NCBI GenBank assembly: GCA_002633005.1
Contig: NMRA01000511.1
Coordinates: forward strand, 66,147 to 130,146
DNA length: 64,000 nucleotides
Source: Phoronis australis
Lineage: Eukaryota > Animalia > Phoronida
Direction of reading: 5' to 3'
Each line of letters opens with the position of its first letter. Positions within the stretch are counted from its first letter, which is position 1. Position numbers and translations under genes: made by a program. Under the pieces are notes generated by a model. That model worked only from the letters and a program-made list of their open reading frames with translations, searched no databases and was not told where the DNA came from. Of this stretch, positions 48,261-63,258 are shown piece by piece.

Positions 48261-50784
48261 TCTGAATACTATGGTTAGCGCTATGTATTGACCGTTACTA
48301 CTTTCGTCTGTTTCCGTACTGTACGGTTCCGTGCAAACCAAATTTGTAATGGATGAACTGTTTTGGTGACCCGCCAACTTTTAAAGCCCCGTACTACTCA
48401 CTGTCATTTTGGTAATCTTCGCTATTGCATTTCCGTTCATTTCCTTCACAACATATTCCGCGTTTACGTTTAAGTTTATGTTTGGCTCAGGCGTATTATG
48501 TACAGCCTAAGAAATGGCATACACTGTATTATGAATCCGTGGTACATCATATAATAGTTATAAACACATTCGTTTCTTGGTATACACACAGACAATGCAA
48601 GACAAAGGTAACATGCGCACGTAAATCTAAACATGTTACGGGCGATGTCCTCAAAGAATCGGGTCCAAGCATGCGCCAAGTTCGGCTTTTAATGGTTGTA
48701 GTTCACTTACAATATGACAACAGAATGTGAGGTGAAATAAGACAGCTCATAACTGCAGGTAGGCTACGCCTTTAACTGTCCGTGTGTCTTCATAGCTAGA
48801 GTACCAGTACGCCTTCATTGCTGTCGGTGCTTCTTCGCCAGCGCACTTCGTATATCGCAAATGTGAAATCACGTGAAAACTGAGATGATTTCCCAAATCT
48901 CTGGATACATGTACAAAACGTTCCGAGAGTGGCGTACATGAAGTAATATCCCACGAGACATTATTCCGCGTATCGACCGAGACAACAAAAACCAAACTGA
49001 CAAAGCTATTGGTAACACAAAATGTAACAAATCTAGATGCAAAATGTGTAACTTTATCAACAACAATGCTTTCTTCCAGTCTTCTCAAACCAATGAACAC
49101 TTCGAAATAAAACATTATTCTGACTGGACACCAACAATACCATTTACCTAATAAAATGTAGAAAATGTCCCATTCAGTAAATAGGACAACTCAACATAAT
49201 CGACAAACTCGGTTTCCCAATCATAGGTTTAACTAGCCTGCCAGCTAGCGGTATGAAGACTTGTCTATATATCGTCAAAATACAGCCAGGTGCTAGTGTG
49301 TGTGTTACAGTCAAGTGACCTAATTATCGGACGTTTTGGCACATTTTGCATTATATTTAAATGAAAATACTACGGATTGTTGTAAATTCTTTGCTGAAAT
49401 AAAGACTTATCTTTACGAAATTGTTCTGTTACTATATCTTGTCACCGAAGGCCACATTTATGTCTCGGCTGATCTTAAAAAAAAACTAGCTAACCTTCGG
49501 AGACCCTAAATATCGGACACCATGTTTCCCCATACGCCACACCACGGAAAACTGACTAACCAAGTAATGGCCGCGGGCAGCTTGTAGCCAAATTTCAGCT
49601 CGAGTGTTTTGACATATATTCTGCTAGAACACAGCTCCATTCGCAACAAAATTATCCAAAAAATGAAATCTGATGAGAGCGCCAAGACCTTCCGATGAAT
49701 CAGTGCAGACGACTAAAGCCCGTGCAAACTCACTTCAGTTTTTAGTATCTCTTTGCCTTCTTGATATGAGTTTAAGAACAAATAAAAAAAAGAAACAGTG
49801 ACATATTGTCAGTTCAACGAGATGATTTCATTGTGGAAAAAGATATTGTTTTCGACATTTGTAAACGATTTATACGATCGTCCATTTTAGGCCGACTTGG
49901 GGATCTAAATTGCACCCTCTCTCGGTGAAATCAAAACGAGGCAGCGCTAGAAAAAACGAGACAGTGCCGGATACTGAATGCATTACAGCGGAACAAAAAT
50001 TGGTGTCTTTTATTTCTCAGATTATGCTTCAAGTAAGATTTTATGTAACGTCCGGTACTTAGGATCCGTCCGATAATTAGGTACAATATGCGTAATCTTC
50101 CATAGACCCCGAAATTGCACACAGCCAGGGTACTTCTGCGCGTCATCTCGCGGTGAAACTTGTGATAGCATGTAGAGCTCAACTGACAGGGTGCATGCAA
50201 AATCTGGAAATCAACCGACACTCAACTTGCCCGTTACAGCTGTTTAAGTGAAAAACAATATAATAAACGTCATTTTCTGGCGCAATTCTTCGCCTTTTGT
50301 AACAAAGATGAGCCTGTCTTCGTTTTGAAAACATTTCGCTCGTGACACGCACACGCAGCATTTCCAACATCTCTCGGCAGATAACGACAGCTTCGCAACA
50401 GAAAAAATGTGTTCTGAAATCTGGTTTGCTGGTATTAAAATACTGAAAGCTTGTAACGAAATGAAACCACTTTCACTAATTTGTTGTGGCATGTACGCAA
50501 GCTCGTGGAATACGAACTTTTGAATGAAGAATGTACAAAACAAAAAAAAAATGGCCAATAGGTGACGCAATATTTCATGGTGTCGAAAGCCGACGCATTA
50601 GATCGCCCCACAACTTAAGCTGCAGAATAACGATAAAAAGCTAATTTTCAAACACCGGTAAATAATTTAGTGTACTCATGGTGGGGTGTAGTTTTTAGTG
50701 ACATTAGTTTTGTGTCAGATTTATCTGGTCAGTTTTTACCAACATCGACGAAAAGCTGTATGTTTAGTACACAGCTTTACGCCA

Positions 50785-50985
50785 AGGCTAAGGCTTAACA
50801 TAATACATAAAAACACTTCTGATGCTATAGGTAATCATTTCAATTCCAAAAGCCATAATCTACAAGATCTCTTTGTACAAATAATAGAGAAAATCCAATA
50901 CCCTAGTACCCTCAGACTCAATAGAGAACAATTTTGGATAAATAAGCTTAACACACTTGAACTCAACGGATTAAACATAGAGTTC
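50785..50985 (+). mobile_element. Penelope-like element fragment (C-terminal part of GIY-YIG endonuclease)
   Basis: IGNHFNSKSHNLQDLFVQIIEKI...RLNREQFWINKLNTLELNGLN is the characteristic PLE endonuclease tail (HFN..H, RE..WI..L.T..GLN). Confidence 0.8.
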
Positions 50986-51111
50986 TTAAATCATATCCTT
51001 TACTTTTTCCGCAACAAACTATCATGCTCATTACGCCATATATCAGATGACATTTGTCATATCATGTTTGATTTTACTTTATTTCTACTGCTGTTGACAA
51101 AGGATATATAG

Positions 51112-51268
51112 ATTATTACATGACGAAGTCGTTATCTCCCGTTATCTAGAGCCCGAGTGGATTTTGGAGAATTATCACCTGAGGGGCGTTAGCCCCGAGG
51201 GTGATAATTCTTCAAAATCCACGAGGGCTCTAGATAAGGGGGATAACGACTGAGAACATGTAATAATC
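51112..51268. repeat. About 155-bp near-perfect hairpin (foldback element)
   Basis: attattacatg..gtcgttatc..ttatctagagccc..gtggatttt..gaattatcacc mirrored around the centre near 51190. Confidence 0.85.
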
Positions 51269-51818
51269 CATTTATACCACATACTGAACGAGAAACATTA
51301 CAATGAATCGATCTACCTTTCTCGACTCGCCTCAGCTTTGTAACTACTTTCTATGTCAGAGGCCCGGGTCGAAGGTCATGACCTTTTAAGAAAAGCCGAG
51401 CTAGTTTTGTCAAATAATGCTTTTACTCAAAACCAATTGAAAATTTAAACAAAATAGAAATAAAATGAATTTATAAACTAAGGTTTAGCAACTATTATAG
51501 CTTACTACACATTTTATCACGCTAATCTTCGACCGGGAAAATATCGTCTGCTAAAGTAGGTTAACAATAGTAACTGAGTATAATGCTCAAGTAAAAGGAT
51601 CCTGACGACACTATACCCGCATTCAAATTGGAAATCGGTGATTCACAAGTGAGAGAACTCTAGAGAAAAATTTCCCTGAATTAAAATATCGTTTTTATGG
51701 AAATTATGCGTCTTATGTTTCGTAGCGTATAAATGTCGGTGCAATGCCCTTTGCTGGACATGCGAATGTTGCGCGTGCTCATTTAAGTATTCTATTTTCA
51801 CGTTCCATGACGTCAGCG

Positions 51819-51887
51819 GCTGAGTGGTGTAGTGGTAAAGTCGGCGACTCGAAACTCTTGATACCCGGGTTCGAATCCGGACTCGGT
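51819..51887 (+). pseudogene. tRNA-derived sequence (pseudo-tRNA or SINE head)
   Basis: A box TGGTGTAGTGG and B box GGTTCGAATCC with partial acceptor-stem pairing, but the anticodon stem around CTCGAAA does not pair. Confidence 0.6.
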
Positions 51888-53286
51888 TTCCCGCCAAAAT
51901 GTTATCTCAGTGAAATAACATTGTGGGTTATTACACAGTTGTATCTGTCATTCGAGGCTAAAACTGTGGTTTAAGTGATTATATCCGAAAATTTCAGTTG
52001 ATTTCAGTTCATTATTGTTGTTTTATTTCAATATATATATTCTACATTTCGCCAAGCAATAGTATCACTTTAGGGGATTTGGATCACCTCTTTTAGTTTA
52101 AGATTAATTTTCTTTGTTATGTATATGTATATATTGACAAATAGCACTTATACATGTAGATGTTGTGTAGATTTCACTTTGTCATTGGATTCTCAATAAT
52201 ATAAACTGTATAAACTGTATGATCAGACGTATTGCTGATCTTCTGTACTCAGTGACCCTACAGCTAGGATGATGACGTACTTACTATTCCATGTATCTCA
52301 TGGTACTTTCATTTCATTACATGGATGTGACTTGAATGGTATTCAGCACTTGCTTTTTTAATGTATATATTATCCTGATAATGTCTTCTGAATAGACCTG
52401 ACGACACGTTGAGTGAACATGAACTTTTTTTTCGGCGATTGTCCGTTTTTTAATATTTTGTATGGCCAAAAATGAAGTAATTAACTACTGTTATACTATT
52501 GTATTTCATCTAAAATAACTGTAGCGTATATACAACCAGGTTACAGGGATGTGTCATTTTAACAAAATTTGTTCGAATCAATGTAACTACGGTATAGGAG
52601 ATTTCTGACTGTCTTCCGTACAAAAATCGGGGTCAAAAGGAAGGTTACAAGTAGTTCTATTCAGCTTGAGAATGTTACGATGCCTTATTAACTGAGGCAT
52701 TCCAGCCAGCTGACTCTCTATTGTGTTGGCATGGAATATGGTAATTGAAACTTGCACTTGAGTTAACAAATCTAGTTGAGTTTTGGCTTGAATTTTCACC
52801 AGTACTAGGTTCGTCATGTGAAATACGCATAAACACAGATCTTTGCACAATATGATAAAAATTTGACCAAATGGTCTTGTTTTCGAGATGTTCAACAAAC
52901 TGTAATGGTGCTTGAGCGCAGATGCGAGGCTGTCATTCCTCAACATCAACCAATCAGAGTGTCCGAATGTTACATGTATTTTCCCGCCAATTAGAAAGTC
53001 TATGTCTGTTTATTCGTTCACTTAACCAATGATACCCAGTCACGTGATCGTTTCACTGTGCTATCCCTGACACTGGGAAGGAATGTGCATAACATAAATG
53101 AAGCCTTGAAATATACGCAGTGTGACTTTGTAAGGTTTGGCGTGAATGGAATGCAATGCTATTGCCTGCTGATTTACCGCTCGGCGGACAGAAAAGTAAT
53201 ATACTCTAACCCAAGTTGAGGACACCTCGTCGTCCTCAAATTTTCAGTTAGGGTTTTCTACATTGTTTCAACCTTGACCAAGTAGA

Positions 53287-53709
53287 ATGAATGTTGAGGA
53301 ATTTTTCAAAATAACTGGGGGATTTGGAAAATTCCAGAAACTACATTACAGTCTGGTGTCTGTATGTGGGCTTCTGGGAGCATTTTCTACGATGTCTTAC
53401 GTCTTTGTGGCCGCCGTTCCCGATTACTGGTGCGCTTCTCCGGTAGAATTCACGAACCTAACACTTGAAGAGAGAAAAGCTCTAACCATACCAGTCGATA
53501 ACTCGAACGAATACAGCAAATGCACCGTGTTTAACTGGTCCGGAGTGAATATCAACTCTACACAATACAGTAGATCGTCGTCGCTTGGGTTGAATCTAAC
53601 AAAGTACGACGTGTTGGCAAACTTGGTAAATGTCTCGTCCTTACCGATTGAGAAGTGTTCTTCGTGGGAATACGACAGATCACAATATACGAATACAGTT
53701 GTTATGGAG
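53287..53709 (+). CDS. SLC22 family (organic cation transporter-like), exon 1
   Basis: GGFGKFQ..., VPDYWC, CSSWEYDRSQYTNTVVME motifs; donor GAG|GTAAGG phase 0. Confidence 0.93.
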
Positions 53710-53954
53710 GTAAGGCCACATTAAACTGCAAACTTATTGATTTGCGCGGGTTTTTTAGCTACGGAATCGAGCTCCATCACGTGCATATACGAACCATGCT
53801 GGAATCTCGCCTAAACGTCCGTTTGTTATCTTTTTCGGTGAATATGGTGCATAGCATGACGGCATCAGAGTACCTTATGTGTATACTTGTCATGGAACTC
53901 ATCCTGTCTACAAGTGTGCATTTACGCTGCATATGAAGCGCCAAATGATTCCTA

Positions 53955-54530
53955 ACCGAGTACGCGTAGACATGTGCTTAATCTACGCATACTTTTGCTT
54001 AATCTACGCGTACTTTTGCTTAGCTACGTGTACTTTTAGTTCTTAAACGATCAACGTTCTGCTCTTAATCAACTCGTATACTTTAGACAGTGCCACCGTT
54101 TCAACTGGCCCTAGTAAAGACGGTGTAGCTCCTATAGCAGCTTTATACGCGGAAACGTTTCGGTGAATTATGCCCCACACTGCTTAGAACATCTAAGTCA
54201 CGTTGTTATAAATATCTTTTGCGCAAAGAAGGACACCTTAGGAGGCCGTCGATGACTTTCATTCCTTCCTACTCCAACAAAGTCCCATTATTTCGAGCAG
54301 TCTATCATTCAGTTGACCAAACCGGCAACTGACCATTTTTGACAATGGACGCGCGTGATTGAACAATAATGAACTGATTAAAAGTACGCGTTGATTAGAT
54401 AAAACTACGCGTATAATAAGCAAAAGACTGTGTTGAATAAGAGAAGGACGATGATCGGTTAAGAACTAAAAGTACGCGTATAGTGAGTAAAAGTACGCGT
54501 AAATATGGATTGAGCAGATTTCTACGCGCA
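53955..54530. mobile_element. MITE-like element with TACGCGTA-rich inverted arms, containing an arm of the 6090 foldback family
   Basis: tacgcgtacttttgc..gtacttttagttctta versus taagaactaaaagtacgcgta. Confidence 0.6.
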
Positions 54531-57500
54531 GAAAGATACTTTAAAAAACCCTTTGGCACTTCGTCGTATATTGCACAGCCATCACCGGCTTCACCACTGC
54601 GAAATCTTTCTACAGTTGTACAGGGAAATACTTGTATCCCGTTTTCTTTCAGGTCACAAAGACCGTAAGTTTAATCTGCGCTCTTGTGACCTGATGGTGG
54701 TTTTCAGTAGAAAGTTCGTTGACTTTATGGAAGTTGTGCAACATGGCTCCTTTGTGTAAGGGAAGTTTTGTGAGATATTGCCAAGTATTATAAAGCGAAC
54801 CACGAGATCAGACTAATTTCACTAGCGCGTTTCATAACGCACCCCATGGTAGACGGACTTATTAGCTGGTCGGGTTAAGGTACTTGTAGCACTTCGCATG
54901 GACCTAATTCACGCCGACATGAGGCGAGTTCCAATACGAGGCTCGCTACGATAGCTGTATTCCGCGTTGTTCGAACGGCTAGGAAAAATACGGACATTCA
55001 ACTGTCTGTTTTACAATCTCTGGCTAAGTACGCTGAGATTCGGAAGCGTTGGGTCGTTGCCATACGACGCGACGAAAGGAAATATGTCCGTGTAAAGTTT
55101 ATAAATGTTTTCGAAAAGTTAGATCATATTTGATAGCATCTCGTTGCCGAGTAATGACGAACGGAGAATCTTCGGCCAGTCAGGCTCAGTGTGTTTTCAT
55201 GATGCATTTTTTCTTTCCAAAAAGGACAAGCCCCTCAATCCCTCTCTTTGGGGGTCTAATATCGGCTCTATTCCGCTCTAAAAATATTAAAAATCACACC
55301 AGGCCTAAAAAGTGATTGGGAATTTCTCTTCGAAGTTCAAATCACCTGGAGTGTAACCACACAGGTGACAATTTGAAAGAGCACAAAATGCTATTTGATT
55401 CATAGCCTATTAGAGCTTGCAACAGGGCGGGGGTCCTACTGATGGTGATCGGGAACTAGATTTTTCCGGCTACTCGGCGAAAAATCCCCCTCTTGAAGGC
55501 ACAGGCATCTTTCCCCTCGGATGAACGAACGAGGCCCCTGAAGAAACATGATAACTATGCTTGCTCTGTCCAGTTAACTGAAATTGAGCTCTAAAACGAG
55601 GTTATGCTTTAAACGAATGAGTTAGGCACGTGTTTTATTTTTAAAATTCAACTTGGTACAGATTGATATTTGAAACTTAACACATGCAATAGACGTAAGA
55701 ATTATTAAAACCAAGAAAGCAGAATTGATGGTCAAATATTTTTTATTTTCAATTACGAGCCAGCTTTTTATTTTAGTAAAAATATTACATTAATTATTCT
55801 TTCAGATCAACGACAAATCAATTGTTAGTCCCGGTAGTCCCTACCTCACCAGGACCTATGCTATGCTTGATGTTAATATTCTTGATTAACAAATTAAGCC
55901 AGATGCACATGACAGCAAAATGCTGTCGAATATTTCATCAACTCGTCAACAATAAGAGCAGACGAACTGGTTCGTGTAGAAATCAGCATTTTTATCAACA
56001 AATTACAAGAAGAAACGTAACCCTGCATTCAGCATAGTACCTAGTAGCCGTAACACGTCAATCGCCGCAATTTGGTCATATTTACTTTTCATGTTTTGAA
56101 CCTAGTTTTCCGAAAAAAACTTATGCCCTTTCGCCAGACAACTCTTTGGTGCGTTGACTTGTTCTCTAATATATTTTCCACGTCTCTGTGGTTAATTATC
56201 GACACATTTTTAAGATTTAATATCCAGGTTGGACTCGAAAGACCGGCAATGTCAACTTCGGCTTTGTTTATCGCAGTGAGCCTCACTTTGGATTTTAATG
56301 TCTGCCGCGTGAATTGGGTCTATAGTTAGTCTGTATATAGCCGCGGCCATATTAATATATTTAGGGTAGGCCAGGTTTAGAGGCGATTTTGAGGTAGGCA
56401 TCACAACCAGTACGTTCAAAGATCCGGTTTATTTGTATGTGTTATCATTTTGGGAATGAGAAAAAAATTCTATAGTTCGGCTACATATACGTTTTAATTT
56501 ACAATGGTGGCCCCTAACAGAGTTATTGCTTTTCTGCGTAGTGACTAACAAAACTGCTGCGGCCTCAAAATAACTTAGACTTTTGAACCATATTTTTTGG
56601 AACCTGAATTAAATTTTCTGTCAGAATCTTAGTCTTATGCAGGGAAGTGGTGATGTTGGGCTGAAGACTGCCTGTCTTCCTAGTTGTTTCGGTAAAAGTG
56701 AAAGGGTCAAAGCTATGAGGCAGAAAGACGTTCCTGTGGTCATGTGTAGCAGTTTTGATGTGAAACGAAGCTAAACTTTTCATTTTGTTGATAGAACTTT
56801 TGGCAGACTAGACGACTCAGTGGTGTGTGCACAGCCAGGCAAAACCCAGTGAGATCAGAGTCTCGTCCAATACCGTTAGTGTCTCGCTAGAAAAGCAAGG
56901 TCTCGCAGGATTTCATGAGATAGCGACGTGTGTTTTCGAAGGGAGCACGTGATTTTGGCTAGATTTTCTCGCCGTGAGACACTTGATTAAACCCGACCCT
57001 CCTAAATTGCCTCTTAAGTGATGTAGAGCAGACGAAAACATGTGTCATGTTGCTGTTGAAGAACAGTACAGATGAGGTTATGGAATTTAACAAAATATCG
57101 GTTCTTCCTAAACTCAGAAATGACGTCTTTATCTGAGGAAGAAACAGACTGAGAGGCAGACGCTTAGACTTTTAAATGGAAGTTTATTTGTAGCGATAGA
57201 ATGTGTCCGGGCTCATGTAGCAGCTTATAGATCTGTGACTGAAATAGCAAGTTGTCGTCAATATAAATTGGCCAGGAGACTGGCTTAGACATAAAAAATA
57301 TACCAAAAATATATGCACTGAAAAGACGAGATGACAGCGTGCTGACGTCACATCTGGTGTTAACGTTTGGACTCCTTTCTATCTACAGACCATCATGACA
57401 CCAAGTATAATTACGTATTTGCCTTTAAAGGAACATTTGTGAAGTGTTGTTGGGAGAAAATTGGCTCTTTGGACACCTATAAGATAGTTGGGCGTCAGCG

Positions 57501-58068
57501 GAATTCCTTGATATCCCTGGCACTCCACTAACACCTTACTTTATTTAATTAGCAAAGCTTATTTTTTGCACTTTGTGAGGAAATTAACGGCTCTCAGGGA
57601 GTCTCCATCTCTGTCGGCAAATATGTATTTGACCTGTAGCAGCTCGAGTAGACTTGAAGCCCTGTTTCGTGAACGGCTATGCAATGTGTGGAATGTCTTA
57701 TGGACATCAATGCTATGATAACTTGCCCTGTAGCCGACAGGTGTTATAGAGTGATGCAGCTGTACTCAGACTGTGACACCACTGACCATAGGCAACTATT
57801 ATTGGATGTCTCCGCCACTAACGCTCTGATAATAGTCTAAGCCGATTGGCAGACTTCAGTTACTGCGAATCGGAGTACTCGTTTTTCTTGCACCAAATGA
57901 CTGTTTTTTAAGGTAAAAGAAACTAAATACGCAACATATTTAATCCTGAAAATTACGCATAGTTTGAGAAAAGCAAATGTGCAGTCGTAAGCGAAAAGAA
58001 ATTATATACATGTATATAACTATAATACCGTTATATTTGGGTTTACATGAAACACACGTCTGTTGCAG

Positions 58069-58175
58069 TGGGACCTCGTATGTGGGAGAGAGTGGATAAT
58101 CGCTTCTTCCGTAGGTGCCGGTATGGGAGTAGGCAAGATGATGTGCGCCATTGTTGTTGGGGTGTTGAGTGACAG
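58069..58175 (+). CDS. SLC22 family, exon 2
   Basis: tgttgcag|WDLVCGREW...GVLSD AG|gtaaac; hallmark WDLVC; not in the ORF track. Confidence 0.92.
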
Positions 58176-59743
58176 GTAAACAAAACTAAAAATCACCATT
58201 TAGGTGTAGCAATAAATGAAATCAGGGGTATTTGGTAGATCAACGTCACCGGGACCACGAGCTTATTGATGTACTTCCGCAGAACAACACCGACAACGCG
58301 CGATTATTTGGACAATTTCTTGTTTAGTATACACTGGGCCATAAGAAAAACATCCATGACAATTATAATTTATATTTTTTAATTTTCAAAGAGATTCCAT
58401 ACGGTCGTATTGAGCGAAGGTTTTTTTTTTTGCTGTGCTTATTGCTTTTTTGACCAGGGCTGGTTTTAACCTCAGCTGCTTACATGTATCAGAACTATAA
58501 AACAACGTTTAAGCACAGTCTTGTACAGCAGCTGTATTCAAAGCACGGCTCGCTTCGGTTTGGTTACATCTATTTATTGATGGAGACGCCAAGTTCGGAT
58601 TCGCCATTCAAAATGTTACACAGGTGCTTTTGTGAGCAAATGCAGGAGTTTAACTATTGTTTCCTTTCTGGAATATTAACCCTCAAAGTTGTTTGAATGA
58701 ACTTTTACTTGACCCTGTGCTTGAGAGTGTTGGGGATTGGTCACAGTATCGCAAAGAAACAATCAAAACTGACCACAATAATAATGAGAAGTTTGACATA
58801 AAAAGGGACGAAACCTGGTACAAACACAGGTTTCATAAAATATTTATACCAGGATTTGATACAACACTACGTTTCGTTCTCGTCCCTTTTAAGTCAGTTT
58901 TCTGTTTACCCAGTTACGGCAGCTCTGTTTTAATTAATTTTTATCTAATCTAAAAGGTGCTCTTTTCTAAAAATGTTGTCCGTATCGTACGCTTCTAAAG
59001 AAAAAAATCGTCGTATTTAATTTTTTCCTCAAAGTGATCGTATTGCGGGTCAGACGTACTCTCTGGTACTTTCCACAGTCGTGTGCAATAAAATAATATT
59101 GTATATATTTTCTACAGAGAAATCATCGCTCGACGCTTAGCTTAACGCCTAGTCACATTTGGCGACTTGGGCAAAATCTGGGGCCTCCAAAACTGAAAGT
59201 TCCAGGTCAGCAAATGAAATATGAGTTCGCCAAAAATATATAAAGGTCGTACCGCACTTTGTGCTCAGAATCTAACTCGTACCTCTGCAATTCCCTCACT
59301 CTCAATGTACATTCGTTCGTCATTCCCTAACTCAATTATTCCGGCCAACGAACGGACATATAATGCAGAAGATCGCATCCACTCGTTGCGTGTGCCCGAT
59401 TTTTTTCCGAACAATTCCGACTTCCGTCCGTTCACTTCCTGCTGTAATTTGAGTGTGCTTCATGTCTGCTGACTGCTGTGGTGGCAAATGAACTGATTTC
59501 ACGAAATAAATGGAACAACTGTGAACCGGAGGTAATAAAGTTAAATTGTTAGTGATTTAAAGTTCGGAAAACAACACAAATTTTGAAACGAATTTAGGGG
59601 GAAAGGGGAATTATTGTCTTACTTTGATACTCGCAGTGGCGACTTTGTGGCGACTTGAGATGTTTCCCAAACACGCACTGAGGTCGCAATGGCCAGATCG
59701 AGCGCTGGGAATGCTTGAAGTCAAATCTTACATATTCGTTTAG

Positions 59744-59898
59744 GTTTGGCCGGAAAAGGACACTGGTTGGCTTCTTGCTAGTGCAATGCTTGTCTGGTGT
59801 ACTGAGTGCTGTGTCTGTCAATCCGACAATGTTTATCATTTCCTATGCCTTTTTGGGCGGTGCGTCTATGGGTAGCTATGCTATAGCCTTCGTTCTCG
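59744..59898 (+). CDS. SLC22 family, exon 3
   Basis: Completes the MFS motif SDRFGRK; phase 2 in, phase 1 out (G|GTAAGT). Confidence 0.92.
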
Positions 59899-62800
59899 GT
59901 AAGTCGTTTAGTGTCTCTATTACATGTATGTAAGTGCATACCGACCTCAGAGCTTAGAAAATAATTTGCAAGTATGAATGATGATAAAGATTAATACGCA
60001 TGTTCATCTTGCTTTGACAGTTTTGTTTCAAAGTTGTTAAACAACCAAAACCAAGCGACTGCCCAGTATTAGACTACCTCTAGTCACGTGACTATCCAGT
60101 ATCAGAATGCCCTCTTGCCACGTTGAAAGAAATGCAACTGTGACCATAAAATACGCCTCGTTACTTTTTTAAATTTCCCACTTCTACCCTCTGATGCTAT
60201 CTACTAACTGAAAATTTCCTATGATGTACACCAATATGTCGAAATGACACTATAACTGGTTGGGACTTAACATGCCATGTCGAAAAATCTCGTTGTGACA
60301 CAACACCATAAAGCTTAACTTCAACAGAATTTTTGTTATTTTAGGTGTATTGAGCTAACCAGGTAATCCTAGCAAAACCTTAGAAAAATAAGAAAACGCG
60401 AGTTTAATCACGCAAATGTATGCCCGTCAAACGATAGGCGAAGCTGTCTTTTCGCGCCGCATTGCGTCACGGCGAGATCCCTGCACAAACAACAAAAGGT
60501 CAGTAACAGTTATGTGGAATAGGGGTCGATCTGGGTAGAACACCGTTGCGTGCGGATGTTATTCGCAGCCGTTTGAATCAAAAGGTGATTCTCGCGGTGA
60601 CGTAGACAAGACAAAACCTAACAATTCGTTACATTTTACAATTTATGGAACTACAAGTGGGCTCAGAGCGATGCTCATAATATACTGTAGGCCGCAACCA
60701 AATTTACAAGTGTTACCGTTCAATATAGGCTTGAATATGAGAAAGTCATATGACGTAAATGCGACATAATGCGGCGGATGGCCACCGCACTTTGTCGCAA
60801 AACACATTGCGATTGATCGTGGTCCAACTTGGCTGCAAAATTATTTGACTCTTAGCGGGAGAGTTTTGGGTGAACTCATTTGGAGATACTTAGGTCACGC
60901 GAATCTATATTTTAACAACAGTTTGTATTTTCGTTTTATATTAAATGCTACCAAAAACAGATGGATGCGTTTCTAGATACGACGTCAATGTGCAATTGCG
61001 TGCATGTACTTGACAACACCAAAATTTCACCGGACAATGACAATTGTCTTCGTTTTAATCAGTATCATCTGATCAGTACTTGTGGGAACCCTACACAAAC
61101 TACTCATCAGTTTCACTGGCACGTGTATTTCTGGTATGAACATCACGTACACCAGGAGAGCCTGAAGCAAAAGTCTAAAATACATTTTTATGAAATCACA
61201 TTTACGACACCTTAGTTGGCTAGGACGGTTATTACCACCATTGTATTGAGTTCACTGGTGTGTCAGTCCAGACCTAAAATATGTCTAGAAAACTATTTTT
61301 AAAGGCCTAGTAGCACCCGTTTTTAACCCTACTTAAATGGTTCGAACACGTTGTAATTAACGAAGCCTTCTGTACCTACAGGTTAATCCTAACGAAATAA
61401 CTCATAAAACTCCCCACTTGTCATGAACTAAAGCCGGGTGACACTCCACCATTTTAGATTATGCACTAAGTCGGAAGTGAGATTCATTAAAGAGGCATGG
61501 ATCGCGAAAACTCGTAAAAACTACATTTTAAACAGATCGTGGCGAATCTATTTATCGGGAATCCAAAACTGAGAGATATTTACTTTGAATAGTGTAACAA
61601 TTTCTAGAAAAAATCGTCAGCTTCACTATTTTTGCAACACAGAGGAAAAAAAACTCTTTCAATACCTGTGATGCCTGTAATACCTGTCACGGACAGGATC
61701 ATTGGGGATATGCTGGTGCATTAATCGCCTCCCCAGACCATCCCCGTAACAGCAGAAGGCGCAGAACTCCAGGGCTGACGTTGCCTGTCAACATCTGATT
61801 TGACAACACTCGGGCACGACTCTTTTTGTGACTATTAGCAGCATGGCCATAAATAATACCGGCTTCGAGCAGTCGGCTACCGTCATTGAACTCAGCCAGT
61901 TGGGACGAAGTTTGAATGAGGATGCGTTAGTGAGCCAGCACCTTAACATCAGCAGAGGGGTTGGTTGGTGGTACATGAGCCAGGGAGGTAATCTGCACGC
62001 TCATTAATCAATACACCGGCGTGGCCAGGTACGAAAGACCAGATCACTGTATGGTGAGGGTGGCGTGATCGGAAGACACCCCAGTTGGCTGGGAGATTTC
62101 CAGACTCAACTTTCATCAACAAAACCCTTTCATCTCTATGCAGACTTCATATTTTCCGCCCCTAATGATGTATGTGGGCGTATGCAATCAAAGAGGACAA
62201 CCTGCTGTTAGAAGTTGCTAGTTTTGTTTACATCAAAGTTCAAAGGTCATACTTTACATACGCCAGTAAATAAGCAGAGGTGATATGCCAAGTGACAACG
62301 TGACGAACAGTTGACATCGTTTTCTTGAATTTTTTGAAAGGGAAAATGCTTTGACATATGCAAAAACTTACAAGCTTTACGAAAAAACCGTGAATTTGCC
62401 TGTCCGAACAGTTTGATTTCGGTTTCAGTGGCAGAGAGTCACTTTAAATAAAGCAATTTAGTCTGTTTTTCACGTTCTATGCCACTTTAAGGAACGATTG
62501 AATAACAAGACCGTCTATTCGACTGTGCTAAGCGTGTTCTATAGGGAGTGATGAACTCTTGTGAACAGTACAAACATAACAACGAACATGCTATATCAGA
62601 ATAATTAAGTAAAATTGCTTTACAGTAAGATTATTCTGACCACTTCAGAAAATGTTGAAAATAAATTTAGACAGGGAAATTTTAAAGTACAGGTGGACTT
62701 CGGCGATTTTGTTAGGCGGCCGACGGCCAGAATTCTTATAGAATAGCAACTGGTGGTCATAATAATCCTTACAGTGATAGGATTGTATTTCTATTGCCAA

Positions 62801-63258
62801 CAAGAACACCAAAACCATCAGCGCCTGCAGAGTGTATTGAGGTTGACCAACAGATTCGAAAGTGGCGCATGTAGCCATTCTTGCTACCGGAGTTGTCTGC
62901 CTATTCGGTAACAATCCAAAGTCAAACGAGCGTGGTTATGTTTTAAATCCAAAGACAATTCGGTAAATAATTCAACATTGACAAATAATCAGCGTCCATC
63001 ATTGGGATCAGTAGTGGGGCGTGTGATGACGCTCAAACATATGTTCACATATTTGTAACATCTCCGAGAGATAGCTTGCGGAAGCCAAAGCACCCGAGAT
63101 TTTCCGAATGGTCATCGGAGTTGTTTCAAAGTATCTGCGCTTTCTACAAAGCTGTGCTGTTTCCTTCACTTTATTTCTACCCTTGCACTATTACTCTGCG
63201 ACTGATTGTTTTGTAGTCTACTGCACTGCTGTGCAAGTTGATTCTTTACTCGTTACAG

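Noticed and set aside
51819-51887. Functional tRNA-Ser(CGA)
   Set aside because: Anticodon stem unpaired and no long variable arm; kept only as tRNA-derived
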